This document shows positions 34,114-43,991 of a stretch of 52,197 nt of DNA, in pieces (within the stretch, counting starts at the first letter, position 1; every line of letters begins with the position of its first letter). Source of the stretch: a virus (Duplodnaviria > Caudoviricetes); the IMG/VR virus record IMGVR_UViG_3300011338_000521, positions 1 to 52,197 of that record, one strand, 5' to 3'. Made by a program: the position numbers and the translations under genes. The notes beneath the pieces are model-generated. The model saw only the letters and a list, made by a program, of their open reading frames with translations. It did not search any database and was not told the origin of the DNA.

Positions 34114-35414
34114 TGAGTTTGTCCTTGTGCTGCCAGGGCCTGTTGTAGGCGTTTTTCTAAGTTGGCGTAGTCTTGAGTGGTCGGTGCGCCAGGTTTTGTT
34201 CCACGCATTTGATCAGTTGATATTGGAGGGGCTGCTGGTGGCTGATTAGGTGTCATTTGCTTAAGATTATTCTTAAAATTATTTTTTACATCAGTTACTG
34301 CATTAGATCGCAACGTGCTAATGTCTTCGTCTGACAGCCCCCGGCGTTTCAGTTCATCGGACAGTTGTTGAACTTGTTTATATCTTTTTGTTTGTTCAGC
34401 TACTTTAAGTTGATCTTTCAACTGTTCAACGTCAAGTTGGGCTTGTGCTTGTTTTTCTTTCTGTGCCTTCTTGTAGTTTGCAATCTCTTGAGCATATTGC
34501 TGTGTTAATTGAATTATATTGTCAAAGTTCAACTGAAGATCGTTGCCTGCTTGATTAATCAAACTAGCGGCAGATTGTATTGCAGCTGGGGTAAGTTGAG
34601 TTTTGTTTCTATTCAACGTGCCTTGATTAACATATTCTTGGGCAAGAGTGTACGCAATTTTTTGTTCTGCCTGTGCAATAGCAGTAGTACCTGTGCCTTG
34701 CAAAGCAGCCATATGGCCGCCTGGATGATATTGACCTTGTTGGGCCATTGGAATACCAGCCTTGTTCAATGTTTTGTTAGCAAAGTACTCTGCCGCATTT
34801 CTTATGAATCCTGCTTTTCCTGGCGCGGCAGTTGTTGGTGTTGATTGGGTTGCAGGTGCTGGGGGTTGCGGAGTAGCAGGTTGGTTCTGTGCTGCTTGTT
34901 GTGCTTGAAACGCCTGAGCTTCTGCACTACCGCCTGGTTTTACATTGGTGTTTGTTGGGGTCCAGGGTTGTGCAGGTGCTGCCGCAGGCGCTGGTGCTGG
35001 TGCTGCCGCAGGCGCTGGTGCTGCCGCAGGCGCTGCCAATGCTTGTCTGTTGGTAATATCTTTGGCATCAACGTCAATCACATTAGGATCTGATTGAGTT
35101 GGTCTAACTCTGTTGGCAGCAGGCGCTACTTGTCCTGGTTTGGGTGCTGTAGTCACTGCACCACCAGCAGGTGTAGTTGCAACACCAGTACTGGGTGTTT
35201 TGGCTAGAGCAGTTGTTTGAGGCGCCACTGCAAGATTTGTGCTTGGTGCTGGAGCAGGCTTGGGCATCATGTTTGGTGCAAAAGACACTTTGCTTGGAGC
35301 CACAGTCTGTTGTGGCATGGCCACAGTGGTTTTCCCAAAGTTTACAGGAGTGGAGTTAACACCCTTGAGCGGACCTTCGCTTACCTTACGGCGTGCAATT
35401 TCATGTATCTGCAT
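34110..35414 (-). CDS. Pro/Ala-rich putative internal virion protein
   Basis: MQIHE start, long P/A/T/Q low-complexity region, coiled-coil C-terminal half. Confidence 0.7.
   Translation of the reverse strand: MQIHEIARRKVSEGPLKGVNSTPVNFGKTTVAMPQQTVAPSKVSFAPNMMPKPAPAPSTNLAVAPQTTALAKTPSTGVATTPAGGAVTTAPKPGQVAPAANRVRPTQSDPNVIDVDAKDITNRQALAAPAAAPAPAAAPAPAPAAAPAQPWTPTNTNVKPGGSAEAQAFQAQQAAQNQPATPQPPAPATQSTPTTAAPGKAGFIRNAAEYFANKTLNKAGIPMAQQGQYHPGGHMAALQGTGTTAIAQAEQKIAYTLAQEYVNQGTLNRNKTQLTPAAIQSAASLINQAGNDLQLNFDNIIQLTQQYAQEIANYKKAQKEKQAQAQLDVEQLKDQLKVAEQTKRYKQVQQLSDELKRRGLSDEDISTLRSNAVTDVKNNFKNNLKQMTPNQPPAAPPISTDQMRGTKPGAPTTQDYANLEKRLQQALAAQGQTQ
34975..35037. repeat. Coding tandem repeat (about 3 x 18 nt, encoding APAAAP)
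   Basis: ggtgctgccgcaggcgct repeated, with one 6-nt insertion. Confidence 0.8.
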
Positions 35415-35649
35415 TTGTTCTTCTCACTGATCTAGCAAACTTTCCTGAGTCTCTAGTGCGAATAGCATTTAACAATTTGCGTTGCAGATTTTCGGCTTGG
35501 TCAGCTGGAAATTCTGTGTCAATTTGTTCTAGCAATCTAATAGCACTTGCAATGAGTGTGGCCGCACGATTTTCGATCAACAAGCGGCGATCACGTTCGA
35601 TGTACAAATCGTCTAATTCTTCTAATAAACTGCGAGTGCGTTTTTGCAT
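35401..35649 (-). CDS. Hypothetical protein
   Basis: 82 aa (MQKRTRSLLEEL); upstream TAAATA. Confidence 0.75.
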   Translation of the reverse strand: MQKRTRSLLEELDDLYIERDRRLLIENRAATLIASAIRLLEQIDTEFPADQAENLQRKLLNAIRTRDSGKFARSVRRTNADT

Positions 35650-35681
35650 CTACTCAAGGGCCTTTGGATTATTTAGCGGAT

Positions 35682-36665
35682 TTATGCTTTTAAATATTCA
35701 ATCAATTCTGGAAAAATTTTGCGCCAGTTAGTACCTCGTCGCTGATCGATATTGTCAAGATATGTTTTTACTGATAACAAATTTTTATTGTCTGTAGATA
35801 ATAAGCCTAAACAGGGTTGTTTTCTATATCCTATAGGATCAGTGAATTTATTTACATAAAAGTTAGAAGCAATCCAATTATCAAGATTGTTAATATTGTG
35901 TTGGTTTAATATGCTAACTGTTGTGTTAACTGCAAACATACAATTATGCGGTGAATTATTTAGGAACCATTGCAAATTTTGCACAAGTTGCTGCCATTTA
36001 GCTGGATACCGTTGGTACTCAAATCGGTCTTCTATGTCATCTATGCTGAAGTCTAACTGCACTAATTTGAATTGTTTCCATAGATCTATTAAATTTGCGT
36101 CTGGCTGAATAGTACCGTTAGTATTGTAATTAATATGCACTAGATTTTTATTTGGTATAGCATTTAAAAATTCTACATGTTCTTTGCTTAGTAATGGTTC
36201 ACCACCATTAAAATGCACAAACTTTAAAGTTGTTAAATTTATATTGTTCCAAAACTTGTTAACAACAACTTTCTTTTTTTCGATTGGAAAATTCAATTCG
36301 CTTTTCCATGCTGAACTGTTGGCTGGACTGCAAATTGCACAAGCTAAATTGCAGAGATCCCCAGTCCAATAATCTAGCCTAATTAACTCAACATCGGTGT
36401 TGTAATAACCGTTATCTTTGTACCAGGCGTTGCTGCCATGCCTTCTACTAGATCCAAATTGATCTTCTGACTTTTTACAATTGTTGCAACTATTTGGAAA
36501 TTTACCTGTTTGCCATGTTTCTCTTACATTTAACAATTTAATGTCATTAACAAAATCAATTTGATCTGTTGCATGTACTGGAGAGTGGCAACAGGGAGAA
36601 ATGTGCAACCCTCCCTGTTGTGATTCAATGTTGAGATTTTTAAATGCATCAATACAAGTAATCAT
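35682..36665 (-). CDS. Radical SAM protein with N-terminal twitch/SPASM-like Cys motif
   Basis: C...PCC...CNNC; CNLACAIC (CxxxCxxC); GGEPLL; YNTNG; FSID; AT-rich. Confidence 0.9.
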   Translation of the reverse strand: MITCIDAFKNLNIESQQGGLHISPCCHSPVHATDQIDFVNDIKLLNVRETWQTGKFPNSCNNCKKSEDQFGSSRRHGSNAWYKDNGYYNTDVELIRLDYWTGDLCNLACAICSPANSSAWKSELNFPIEKKKVVVNKFWNNINLTTLKFVHFNGGEPLLSKEHVEFLNAIPNKNLVHINYNTNGTIQPDANLIDLWKQFKLVQLDFSIDDIEDRFEYQRYPAKWQQLVQNLQWFLNNSPHNCMFAVNTTVSILNQHNINNLDNWIASNFYVNKFTDPIGYRKQPCLGLLSTDNKNLLSVKTYLDNIDQRRGTNWRKIFPELIEYLKA

Positions 36666-38110
36666 GATGTCTTGATTTTGCCCAACAACTGCTTGAGCTT
36701 GGCGCTTTGTACATCTGCTGTGACTTTGGGTGCTTCTAGATCAAAACCTTCTCGAGCTTGGGGTCGTTCCCAAGGTACAGACTTGGAATCGTCTGCGGCG
36801 GCAGCACTAACTTGGCTTTTTGCTTTGATCGAGTCCATGATACTTGTACTGGGCTTTTTGTTAAACCCGTTTTCGTTGTCATCCCCGCCTTCATCAGTAA
36901 TACGCATGGTTTCAATGTTGTACTCCAAATCAATCTTTTGACCAACGCCGGTCGAGCTTCGAGACTTCATACACTGGATCTGATACTTGCCACGCTCTTT
37001 CATTGCGCGACTTGTAAAGATGCCAAACACATTATCTGCTGTGTTAATCTTTGAAATACCACCTGAAATGTGCGAGTGGTCAAATTCAATTTCTTCCACC
37101 GCACTTCTATTCAACTGCGATGCTGTAACCATTAGAATGCCTTGTTCTTTTGCCAAGTTACGTAATTCTTCTGACACATATTTGTCCTTAACAAACAAGT
37201 CATTGGGGCTGACTTTGGCGCTAACTGGCATCAGCAAATCCAAGTAGTCAATCATCACAAAGTCTACCCGCTTGCCTGTTTGAATTTGATACTCTTTCAA
37301 ATACGCACGGATGTCATTGATGTTTGATTGTGCTGGCAGGCCTTTCACTTGATAGTTGCCCGACTTCTTGGACACCAGTTTGACCTTGAGTTCTGTGGTG
37401 TCTATGTCCTTGCGAATGTCTTTAGTGCTCATGTTGGTTAACATGGCATCTGTTCGTAAACTTGTTAGTTCTTCTGAAAGTTCTAGTGTGATATACACAC
37501 CACTGAGTCCTTGCTGTAGCCAGTTAAGCGCGATGTTCATCATGACCAAGCTCTTACCTGAGCCCGACCCACCTGCAAAGATGTTGAGTTCGCCGCGACT
37601 GAATCCACCATACAGCAATCTATCCAGTTGCGGCCAGCCTGTACTTACTTGCCCACCTGAGTTGAAGTATTTCTCAATGCGAGCCTTAGGATCAGCAAAG
37701 TAGTCTGTGCCCATGTCCTTAGTGAGTGATATTTGCACTGCATCTTTGATGAGCTTTTCAACTGGATCATATTCACCTTTTTCCAACAAGTCAGCGGCTT
37801 TTAAAATAGCACGTTCTAGTTCTTGGCGTCGAGTAAATGCTTCAAACTCACCCATGAACCAGTCAAAGTGTCCTTCGTTCAAGTCTGGTACTGGTGCAAG
37901 TTTAACGCCTGTGGTTGCAGAGATCTGCATCCTGTCGGGCATGGTCTTGTGTTTGTCCGAGTGTTCTTTGATAAACTCAGCCGCTGGCCTCAAACTCCGA
38001 TCAAAGTTTTGTGGGTTGTAGATGTTTTGAACACGCACATAACTTGTGGCGTCTTCCAGCATCATCTCTAGAAATAGTCTTTGGACATCAAGTCCATATT
38101 CTTTTAACAA
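36662..38110 (-). CDS. DnaB-like replicative helicase (T4 gp41-like)
   Basis: STGW..LD..LYGG, GGSGSGKS, ITLELSE, IDYLDL, TASQLNR. Confidence 0.93.
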   Translation of the reverse strand: MLKEYGLDVQRLFLEMMLEDATSYVRVQNIYNPQNFDRSLRPAAEFIKEHSDKHKTMPDRMQISATTGVKLAPVPDLNEGHFDWFMGEFEAFTRRQELERAILKAADLLEKGEYDPVEKLIKDAVQISLTKDMGTDYFADPKARIEKYFNSGGQVSTGWPQLDRLLYGGFSRGELNIFAGGSGSGKSLVMMNIALNWLQQGLSGVYITLELSEELTSLRTDAMLTNMSTKDIRKDIDTTELKVKLVSKKSGNYQVKGLPAQSNINDIRAYLKEYQIQTGKRVDFVMIDYLDLLMPVSAKVSPNDLFVKDKYVSEELRNLAKEQGILMVTASQLNRSAVEEIEFDHSHISGGISKINTADNVFGIFTSRAMKERGKYQIQCMKSRSSTGVGQKIDLEYNIETMRITDEGGDDNENGFNKKPSTSIMDSIKAKSQVSAAAADDSKSVPWERPQAREGFDLEAPKVTADVQSAKLKQLLGKIKTS

Positions 38111-38113
38111 AAT

Positions 38114-38854
38114 TTATTCCTTGTTCCAATTTAAATAGTTACCAGTTTGAACATCGTTATCTGCCTGCTGTTCTGCCTGCTGTTGTGTGAGTCCTTGGCT
38201 TTTTAAGTATTTGATTTGTTGCGAGTAATTTGCAGGTTCAAAATTTTTCTTTGTTACTGTATCATATAACCACCTATCATACTCTATAGATTTAATTATC
38301 AGAGGGGTAGGTGGAATTCTAAGTATCTTTTCGTTACACCACTTTTTAAATCCTGTTGACACATGATACGGCGCTAGATTTAAAAGTTGTTCTTTTGTGT
38401 TGTCGGCAATGGTTGCGTACTGCTCAATCAACTCCACGGTTTCTTTTACGTGATTAACGTCTGTGTCTAACGGAATCCACTTAATCTTAAAACTTTTTTC
38501 TTTGCCTAAGTGATCAAAGATAGACATGCTATGAAAGTCTAGATAAGCTGCCTGGGACAGGAGCAAAAAAAACTGATCATTGTCAAAATTGTCCTTCAAT
38601 AGTTTTTCAGAGTTGTGTTGATAGAACCATTCAATAATACCAATACGATGCTTGACCAATGGATCTCTGATATGTGAAAATACAACATCATTCTCCCAGT
38701 CAATATCGGTTGTGGTGGTTTCCGTCCAGTTTAATTTAGCAAAGATCTTTTTGTAAAAACTACAGGCACACTTGCTATGCACCCAATACACTAGTTTGCT
38801 TTTAGGATCTTTAAGGCACAACCACGGAGTTTCTGCGTTTGTTACTATGTTCAT
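38114..38854 (-). CDS. Sulfotransferase-like protein
   Basis: YWVHSKCACS (5'-PSB-like K..S) and FSHIRDP (3'-PB-like RDP); AT-rich. Confidence 0.5.
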   Translation of the reverse strand: MNIVTNAETPWLCLKDPKSKLVYWVHSKCACSFYKKIFAKLNWTETTTTDIDWENDVVFSHIRDPLVKHRIGIIEWFYQHNSEKLLKDNFDNDQFFLLLSQAAYLDFHSMSIFDHLGKEKSFKIKWIPLDTDVNHVKETVELIEQYATIADNTKEQLLNLAPYHVSTGFKKWCNEKILRIPPTPLIIKSIEYDRWLYDTVTKKNFEPANYSQQIKYLKSQGLTQQQAEQQADNDVQTGNYLNWNKE

Positions 38855-39834
38855 GCTAATCTCTTTGCTAGTTTTTTCTTTGCTAACTCTATTTTGATTT
38901 TACTTTTTTCTTTAGAGTTCATAATAGTTAGTAAAGCGCCTAGTCGTCCTAGTTTTATCACAGCATCATTAACATCTTTACAGCCTTCTGGCCACTCGGG
39001 TATACTTACCGCCCATCCCAGTTCCACAGCACGATCTACCAGTTCCATTCCTGCTAGGTCTTGATCAGGCACCACAGTTATATCTCTACCCAGATTACGT
39101 ATCAGTCGAGCCTGTGCATCACTTATGGTGTTGTGCATGACCGCTACACCACCGATGCTGAGTGCATCAAATATGCCTTCTGTTACGATCACATTGGTCC
39201 AGTCTTTGTGCTGTAAGTCTGTACCAAACACATAGCCTGGTTGACTGTCTGAAATGAACTTGGGCTGACGGTTATCTAAAAATCTGCAGGTGTATCCTAC
39301 AATTTTGTTTTCGTATGTGAATGGGACGACCACATGTGGGCGTGTCCAATGAACGCCATCATTTTGCGTCTGCACCATCAGGGGAAAGGCGTTAGGCACA
39401 CGTCTGCCCTGCACATAGTCCCAATGCAATGAGTGCTCAGGTGTTAGTAGCTCAGCAAATGGTGGCAGGTCTCGTTCTTCAAATGTAATGCCAGCCAAAT
39501 GATTCCATGCCTGTTGCCGATCTTCTAGTATGCCATGTATGCTACGATGACGCAGACTTTCAAGATTGAGCATTTCAATTTCGTTGTCTGGCACACCCAT
39601 CCACCCCAGCAGTCTACGAGCTTTGACACTTAAGGTACGCCCCATGATAAAACTGGCTGTGTAGGCGCAATTGAAACAGTGATAACTCCATCCTGCTTCG
39701 GCAGCTTTGAGTCCGGCACGGCCTCTTGTGTCTCTGGTACTACCGTTATGCTGACAGCAAACCGCATTGAAACTCAACCAACCAGATGGTGTGGGTTTTC
39801 TTTTTGCAGGTAGATACGCAAGGATGTCAAGCAT
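38851..39834 (-). CDS. DNA primase (DnaG-type, T4 gp61-like)
   Basis: N-terminal Zn finger (CC..H...YHCFNC); TOPRIM EGIFDA, PDQD, KDVND. Confidence 0.9.
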   Translation of the reverse strand: MLDILAYLPAKRKPTPSGWLSFNAVCCQHNGSTRDTRGRAGLKAAEAGWSYHCFNCAYTASFIMGRTLSVKARRLLGWMGVPDNEIEMLNLESLRHRSIHGILEDRQQAWNHLAGITFEERDLPPFAELLTPEHSLHWDYVQGRRVPNAFPLMVQTQNDGVHWTRPHVVVPFTYENKIVGYTCRFLDNRQPKFISDSQPGYVFGTDLQHKDWTNVIVTEGIFDALSIGGVAVMHNTISDAQARLIRNLGRDITVVPDQDLAGMELVDRAVELGWAVSIPEWPEGCKDVNDAVIKLGRLGALLTIMNSKEKSKIKIELAKKKLAKRLA

Positions 39835-39840
39835 CTGTAC

Positions 39841-39869
39841 AGTATAGCAGATCAGCCGGACTAGATCAA
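39841..39869 (-). promoter_or_regulatory. sigma70 promoter, leaderless geometry
   Basis: TTGATC-N17-TATACT-N6-ATG. Confidence 0.65.
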
Positions 39870-40936
39870 CGATATTGGAGATTAGTAATATAACCAGTTG
39901 AAATCAACACCTGCGCACAAACAGTGCCTTGGTATTGCAATGGCAAATATCCAGACCCACCGTTTGTGACAGTGATTGCACCAATTTGGCCATTGCCCAC
40001 TGACGTCACAATGGCTTCGGCACCTGCACCGTCACCTAATATTTGTACTTTGGGCGGTGCTACATAACCTTGGCCACCATTGGTCACATTGATGGCAGTG
40101 ACCACTCCGTTGGTTACTACGGCTGTGGCTTGAGCTTGTGATCCTTGACTGTTGTTGAAGGCAGCACGAATCAATGGATGGAATCCTACCACATTAAAAT
40201 ACTGGGTGGAAGTTTCATTATAAAATTGTGTACTACTGGTAACATCGTACCAAACTGATTCGTAGGTTTCAGCGGCTTGGAATTTGACTGTTCCGGTAAA
40301 GTGATCCAAGTCCATTTTGACTGTGGTTAGACTTTGGCCATTTGTGGGCATGTGACTTGAAAAGAATTCTGTAAGTTGAGTAGTATTCACCGGCTGTGGG
40401 TACAATGCCCAGTCTGGCCAGTTTGTGGGACCTGGTACTAACTGTTGTGCTTTGCCGTAGATTGTGGGGATGGTCAACATTTCACTTGGCACAAATGCAG
40501 GCAGCACACTATTCACAATGTTGCAATCAGCTCTAGCACCTGAATTGGCATCCACATACGCCGCTTGCACATAGTCTCCTGCTGTGCGCTGTATGCTGTA
40601 GCTGCCGGGTTGTGCTGTGATGTTGATGGTATCTTCATTGTCCAGCACCACTTTTACTCTGCCTAGTGTGGCGCTGAGTGTGACCATGGGTTTTTCAACC
40701 AACAACTGATCGCCAGTTTGATTCATCAATCTAAACACAAAAGAGCTGCCGGTGATGTTTACGGGTTTTTCCTCTTGATTGATAAATTCAAACAGTAGAA
40801 CATTGTCTACGCCTTTGTTAACGGTTAATTGTTTTGCATACACTGGGTCGTACCTCGCTGTGAAATATCCACCACTGGTGTCAACTAACAAGACTTTGGT
40901 AATTTGCTGGTATAAGTAAACGGTGGTTGAATACAT
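39866..40936 (-). CDS. Putative virion structural protein
   Basis: MYSTTVYLYQQ...; C-terminal V.NGG.GY repeats typical of tail/baseplate proteins; upstream TAAATA and GAGG. Confidence 0.65.
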   Translation of the reverse strand: MYSTTVYLYQQITKVLLVDTSGGYFTARYDPVYAKQLTVNKGVDNVLLFEFINQEEKPVNITGSSFVFRLMNQTGDQLLVEKPMVTLSATLGRVKVVLDNEDTINITAQPGSYSIQRTAGDYVQAAYVDANSGARADCNIVNSVLPAFVPSEMLTIPTIYGKAQQLVPGPTNWPDWALYPQPVNTTQLTEFFSSHMPTNGQSLTTVKMDLDHFTGTVKFQAAETYESVWYDVTSSTQFYNETSTQYFNVVGFHPLIRAAFNNSQGSQAQATAVVTNGVVTAINVTNGGQGYVAPPKVQILGDGAGAEAIVTSVGNGQIGAITVTNGGSGYLPLQYQGTVCAQVLISTGYITNLQYR

Positions 40937-40956
40937 AGGATCCTCGAACAATATTT

Positions 40957-41334
40957 ATGGGTAATGATATCTTTCAAAAGCTGGCGGTGAAATACCCGTT
41001 TATAACTCTGTGCGTTTACGCCAATGAAGAATATGTAGGTGTAGTGCAAAACAAAGACGATGCTGTCACTACCATCTATGATTTTGGTGCTGTACTAACA
41101 CAAGATGCCAAGCTAGAATACCTGGAATTAGCAGCCACTTGGTGGTGGGAAAGCAATAGAAGCATACCTATAAACATCTTTTTGCGTGGTGAGTGGGACA
41201 AGTTCCGCCCTACACTGCGCACATTTTCCAACAAAGATCTTGAAATTTTACACGGACCAGCTTGCAGTTTGATGGACATTGCTCGCAAGAAAACCAAGCG
41301 AAAATCAATCACACTTGTGCGGCGTCTTGATTAA
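40957..41334 (+). CDS. Hypothetical phage protein
   Basis: 125 aa; KYPFIT...EYVGVVQN...WWWESNRSIPINIFL. Confidence 0.75.
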   Translation: MGNDIFQKLAVKYPFITLCVYANEEYVGVVQNKDDAVTTIYDFGAVLTQDAKLEYLELAATWWWESNRSIPINIFLRGEWDKFRPTLRTFSNKDLEILHGPACSLMDIARKKTKRKSITLVRRLD

Positions 41335-41887
41335 GTAGATTCATGTGTAGGGCAACAAGGGCCGCGTAGGAAACTGCGTGGCTTTTCTTAAATGTGTATC
41401 CGCGGCTGTCATCCCCGTTCCATACTTCGGCAAATACTTCTGTCCAAGGGCGATTTTGTAAGTGCGCTTTGCCCGGACGAATAACTGAAATAAACGCTGC
41501 CATTCTAGGTATGCTATCTGGTTTCATTGACGCCATCAAGTCTGCGTAATTGCCCACATGCACCAATTGACCGGCCCAGGCAGTATCAGTCCACAGTCTC
41601 TGCCAGGGAGGTGCGGCTGCCAACATCTCAGCATAGTGCGCAGGATCACGGATCAACTGATACACACTCATGTTCAATAGATCTATTTTAAAGTAGCCAC
41701 GCTGTTCTGCTGACTCATAGTCTATGGCTGCACAGCCGTTGGGTATGTCCTGTGGAATGTCTGTTACATAGATGCCCGAATTGTGCTTGCGCACTTGACC
41801 TTGATGCAGTTGCCGTGCGGCAGTGTGCTGAATCAGTTTCAGCACAGCCGTTCTGTCCGGCACATCAATGTCAATGTCTGCACTCAT
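41309..41887 (-). CDS. Miniature DNA polymerase III alpha (DnaE, family C) core
   Basis: DIDID, HNSG, GYFKIDLL, KP.SI...ISVIRPG and YTFKKSHAVSYA in 192 aa. Confidence 0.8.
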   Translation of the reverse strand: MSADIDIDVPDRTAVLKLIQHTAARQLHQGQVRKHNSGIYVTDIPQDIPNGCAAIDYESAEQRGYFKIDLLNMSVYQLIRDPAHYAEMLAAAPPWQRLWTDTAWAGQLVHVGNYADLMASMKPDSIPRMAAFISVIRPGKAHLQNRPWTEVFAEVWNGDDSRGYTFKKSHAVSYAALVALHMNLLNQDAAQV

Positions 41888-42243
41888 TTTGAATCAGTAT
41901 CACAAAGTGCAGTCACAACTTGCAGTTTTTCTTTGGCCAGTTGCACTGCTGCCAAAGCATCTGCCACTGTGGGATTCTTGGCCGCCAGGGCAGCAATGCG
42001 CCATTCTTCATCACGCTTGGCTCGTGCCCAATCCAACAGGATTTCGGCGTCTGGTGTGAGTGAGATCATAGGATGTGCTGAGTGAATCTGCTGCCACGAA
42101 TTGCCATCGTTTACTTCCAAACAGTTCATGTTGGAATTCCATCGTACCATGCCTGCACCGCTGGCACCTGGACTGATGTATGGATTGGTAAACGAACCAC
42201 CTGATACCTGAATATATTTACTGCCACTAATAGTTCTAATCAT
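41884..42243 (-). CDS. Hypothetical protein
   Basis: MIRTISG...GMVRWN...LEVNDGNSW; ATGA overlaps. Confidence 0.7.
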   Translation of the reverse strand: MIRTISGSKYIQVSGGSFTNPYISPGASGAGMVRWNSNMNCLEVNDGNSWQQIHSAHPMISLTPDAEILLDWARAKRDEEWRIAALAAKNPTVADALAAVQLAKEKLQVVTALCDTDSK

Positions 42244-42608
42244 AATGCAATTATAGCCACAAGGCCAATGTAAGTCAACTGATGTGCCATCTGGTCCAGG
42301 CCCATGTGTGCCCAAAAGCTGGGATTCTCTTTATCTCTATTGCCCCAGTTCATTTTGGCCCAATCAATGTGATAGTGAGACACAGCGTCTATCACTCCCA
42401 TCATAATGCTGGCTGGCCAATAGGCAGGGCCTACTACCAACCCCACACAAGCAGCGGTGCCAATGCCCTGTTTGAGACTGTGCCGCATGCCCAACCAATG
42501 TCCGTAGATGCCTTTGTGATTGACTTCTGTCATGCTTTGATCCACAAAGTCAATATACCAGTGTTTGATCTGTAGAAGTATTAGTGTTAAAAAAATTACT
42601 GTTGCCAC
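42240..42608 (-). CDS. DUF3307-like membrane protein
   Basis: KHWYIDF..Q, KG.YG, H, HYHIDWAK, GLDQMAH. Confidence 0.75.
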   Translation of the reverse strand: MATVIFLTLILLQIKHWYIDFVDQSMTEVNHKGIYGHWLGMRHSLKQGIGTAACVGLVVGPAYWPASIMMGVIDAVSHYHIDWAKMNWGNRDKENPSFWAHMGLDQMAHQLTYIGLVAIIAL

Positions 42609-42609
42609 G

Positions 42610-43284
42610 TTACCAACCTGCCTTGCTCAATATATCTTTTGCGTACTCTTGATCAGCAGGGTAGTTATGAAACTTCTTTTGCCACACATCTGAGTCAATG
42701 TAAGGCCATACCATGCTGATCTGATCAGGAGTGAGTTCGCCCAAGAACTGTTGTCCTGACTCTGAATTGTAAATCACCCAAGGTGATATCCTACCTGTTG
42801 TGACTGCATAGCACATGGCTGAAGTGCTGCCATATCGCAAACAGTCCTGTGGCTGTGCTAAGTTCTTCTCTGCCCAGTCCATTCCAAACTCCACAGCTCG
42901 TGCTAGAGCATCATTCACATTCTCCACAGGCAAATGCTGTATGAGATATTCTGTGTACAGTTGATCACTTGCCCAACGATCAATCTTTTTGTTGTTTTTC
43001 AGCAGCCACTCGAGAAACTGTTTGGGGTTGATAGTGCGTGTACTCACGCAATAGCGTCCAAACTTCACAAACCCACGATAATAAGGTGAGTCAGCAAAGT
43101 CATCAAACGTTTTAAGCCGGGCTGAGCCTTGACTCATCTCATAAAAGCGTATGTAGGCTTGAAAGCCCAGTTCCACACCACGCTCTGCTCGTTCCTGTCT
43201 GCGCCGTTTGGGCTCGCACACATGCACTGCCGCAGACGACTCTTTCATAAAGGTTTTTTTGCAAAATTCACAAGTGTAGCTCAT
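42610..43284 (-). CDS. Hypothetical protein with N-terminal Zn finger
   Basis: YTCEFCKKTF......HVC. Confidence 0.75.
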   Translation of the reverse strand: MSYTCEFCKKTFMKESSAAVHVCEPKRRRQERAERGVELGFQAYIRFYEMSQGSARLKTFDDFADSPYYRGFVKFGRYCVSTRTINPKQFLEWLLKNNKKIDRWASDQLYTEYLIQHLPVENVNDALARAVEFGMDWAEKNLAQPQDCLRYGSTSAMCYAVTTGRISPWVIYNSESGQQFLGELTPDQISMVWPYIDSDVWQKKFHNYPADQEYAKDILSKAGW

Positions 43285-43991
43285 CTTAATAGGTTACGAT
43301 GTTTGATGTAGTCTGTTAAAAAATAATTTAGCTTTTGATGATGTCCGGGCATGCGATGTCGATATTGTGGCGGTGGCGGATAGTCACTCGTGATCACACT
43401 TTCTGGCACCTGTTGTTCCATCTGCCAAGGTATGCTGGCCCAGCGATAGCGATTCACAAACACCATATCATCACCAAACAAATCCAGTCGAGCATGATCC
43501 AGAAGTTCGTTAACATCATCATTGATCTGACGAAACACCAACAGTCGATGTCCACGACTCTCCAGCCAATATTTCAAGGATACCAATCGGTACATCAGAT
43601 CTTCCAGCAAGTCGACAGCGCCACATGCATGACCAGCAAAATTAAGGTCAGCCCACTGTCGAGTTTTTTCCAAAGTCCATGGCCCAAGATATTTTTCTGT
43701 CAACTGTGATTGTGGATTACGCCAAGCACCTTCAAATTCTGGATTGTTCAAGGCAACTGGCAGTTCCCAACGATTGATAAATGTTATGCCCAGTATGTAC
43801 AATGTGGGATGAGTGGTGTTGGTGGCTGCATGCTTGGCTGTGGTGCGAATAATTCTTGAATTTGAACTGCCGCCCAGTGCAAGGCTTTCACAGCTAGGCA
43901 GTCCTAATTGTTGGCAAAGATCATGGTGACCACTGCCCACAGCATATACTTCCATATAACTACATCCATTTACAATCAAATGCTGTATCAT
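43281..43991 (-). CDS. SGNH-hydrolase-like protein
   Basis: NGCSY, GGSSN.RI.R, C-terminal H...GHH. Confidence 0.5.
   Translation of the reverse strand: MIQHLIVNGCSYMEVYAVGSGHHDLCQQLGLPSCESLALGGSSNSRIIRTTAKHAATNTTHPTLYILGITFINRWELPVALNNPEFEGAWRNPQSQLTEKYLGPWTLEKTRQWADLNFAGHACGAVDLLEDLMYRLVSLKYWLESRGHRLLVFRQINDDVNELLDHARLDLFGDDMVFVNRYRWASIPWQMEQQVPESVITSDYPPPPQYRHRMPGHHQKLNYFLTDYIKHRNLLR

Noticed and set aside
34975-35037. Tandem repeat as a contingency locus or DGR element
   Set aside because: The units are multiples of 3 encoding a Pro/Ala linker; no reverse transcriptase or adenine-specific variant repeat is present.
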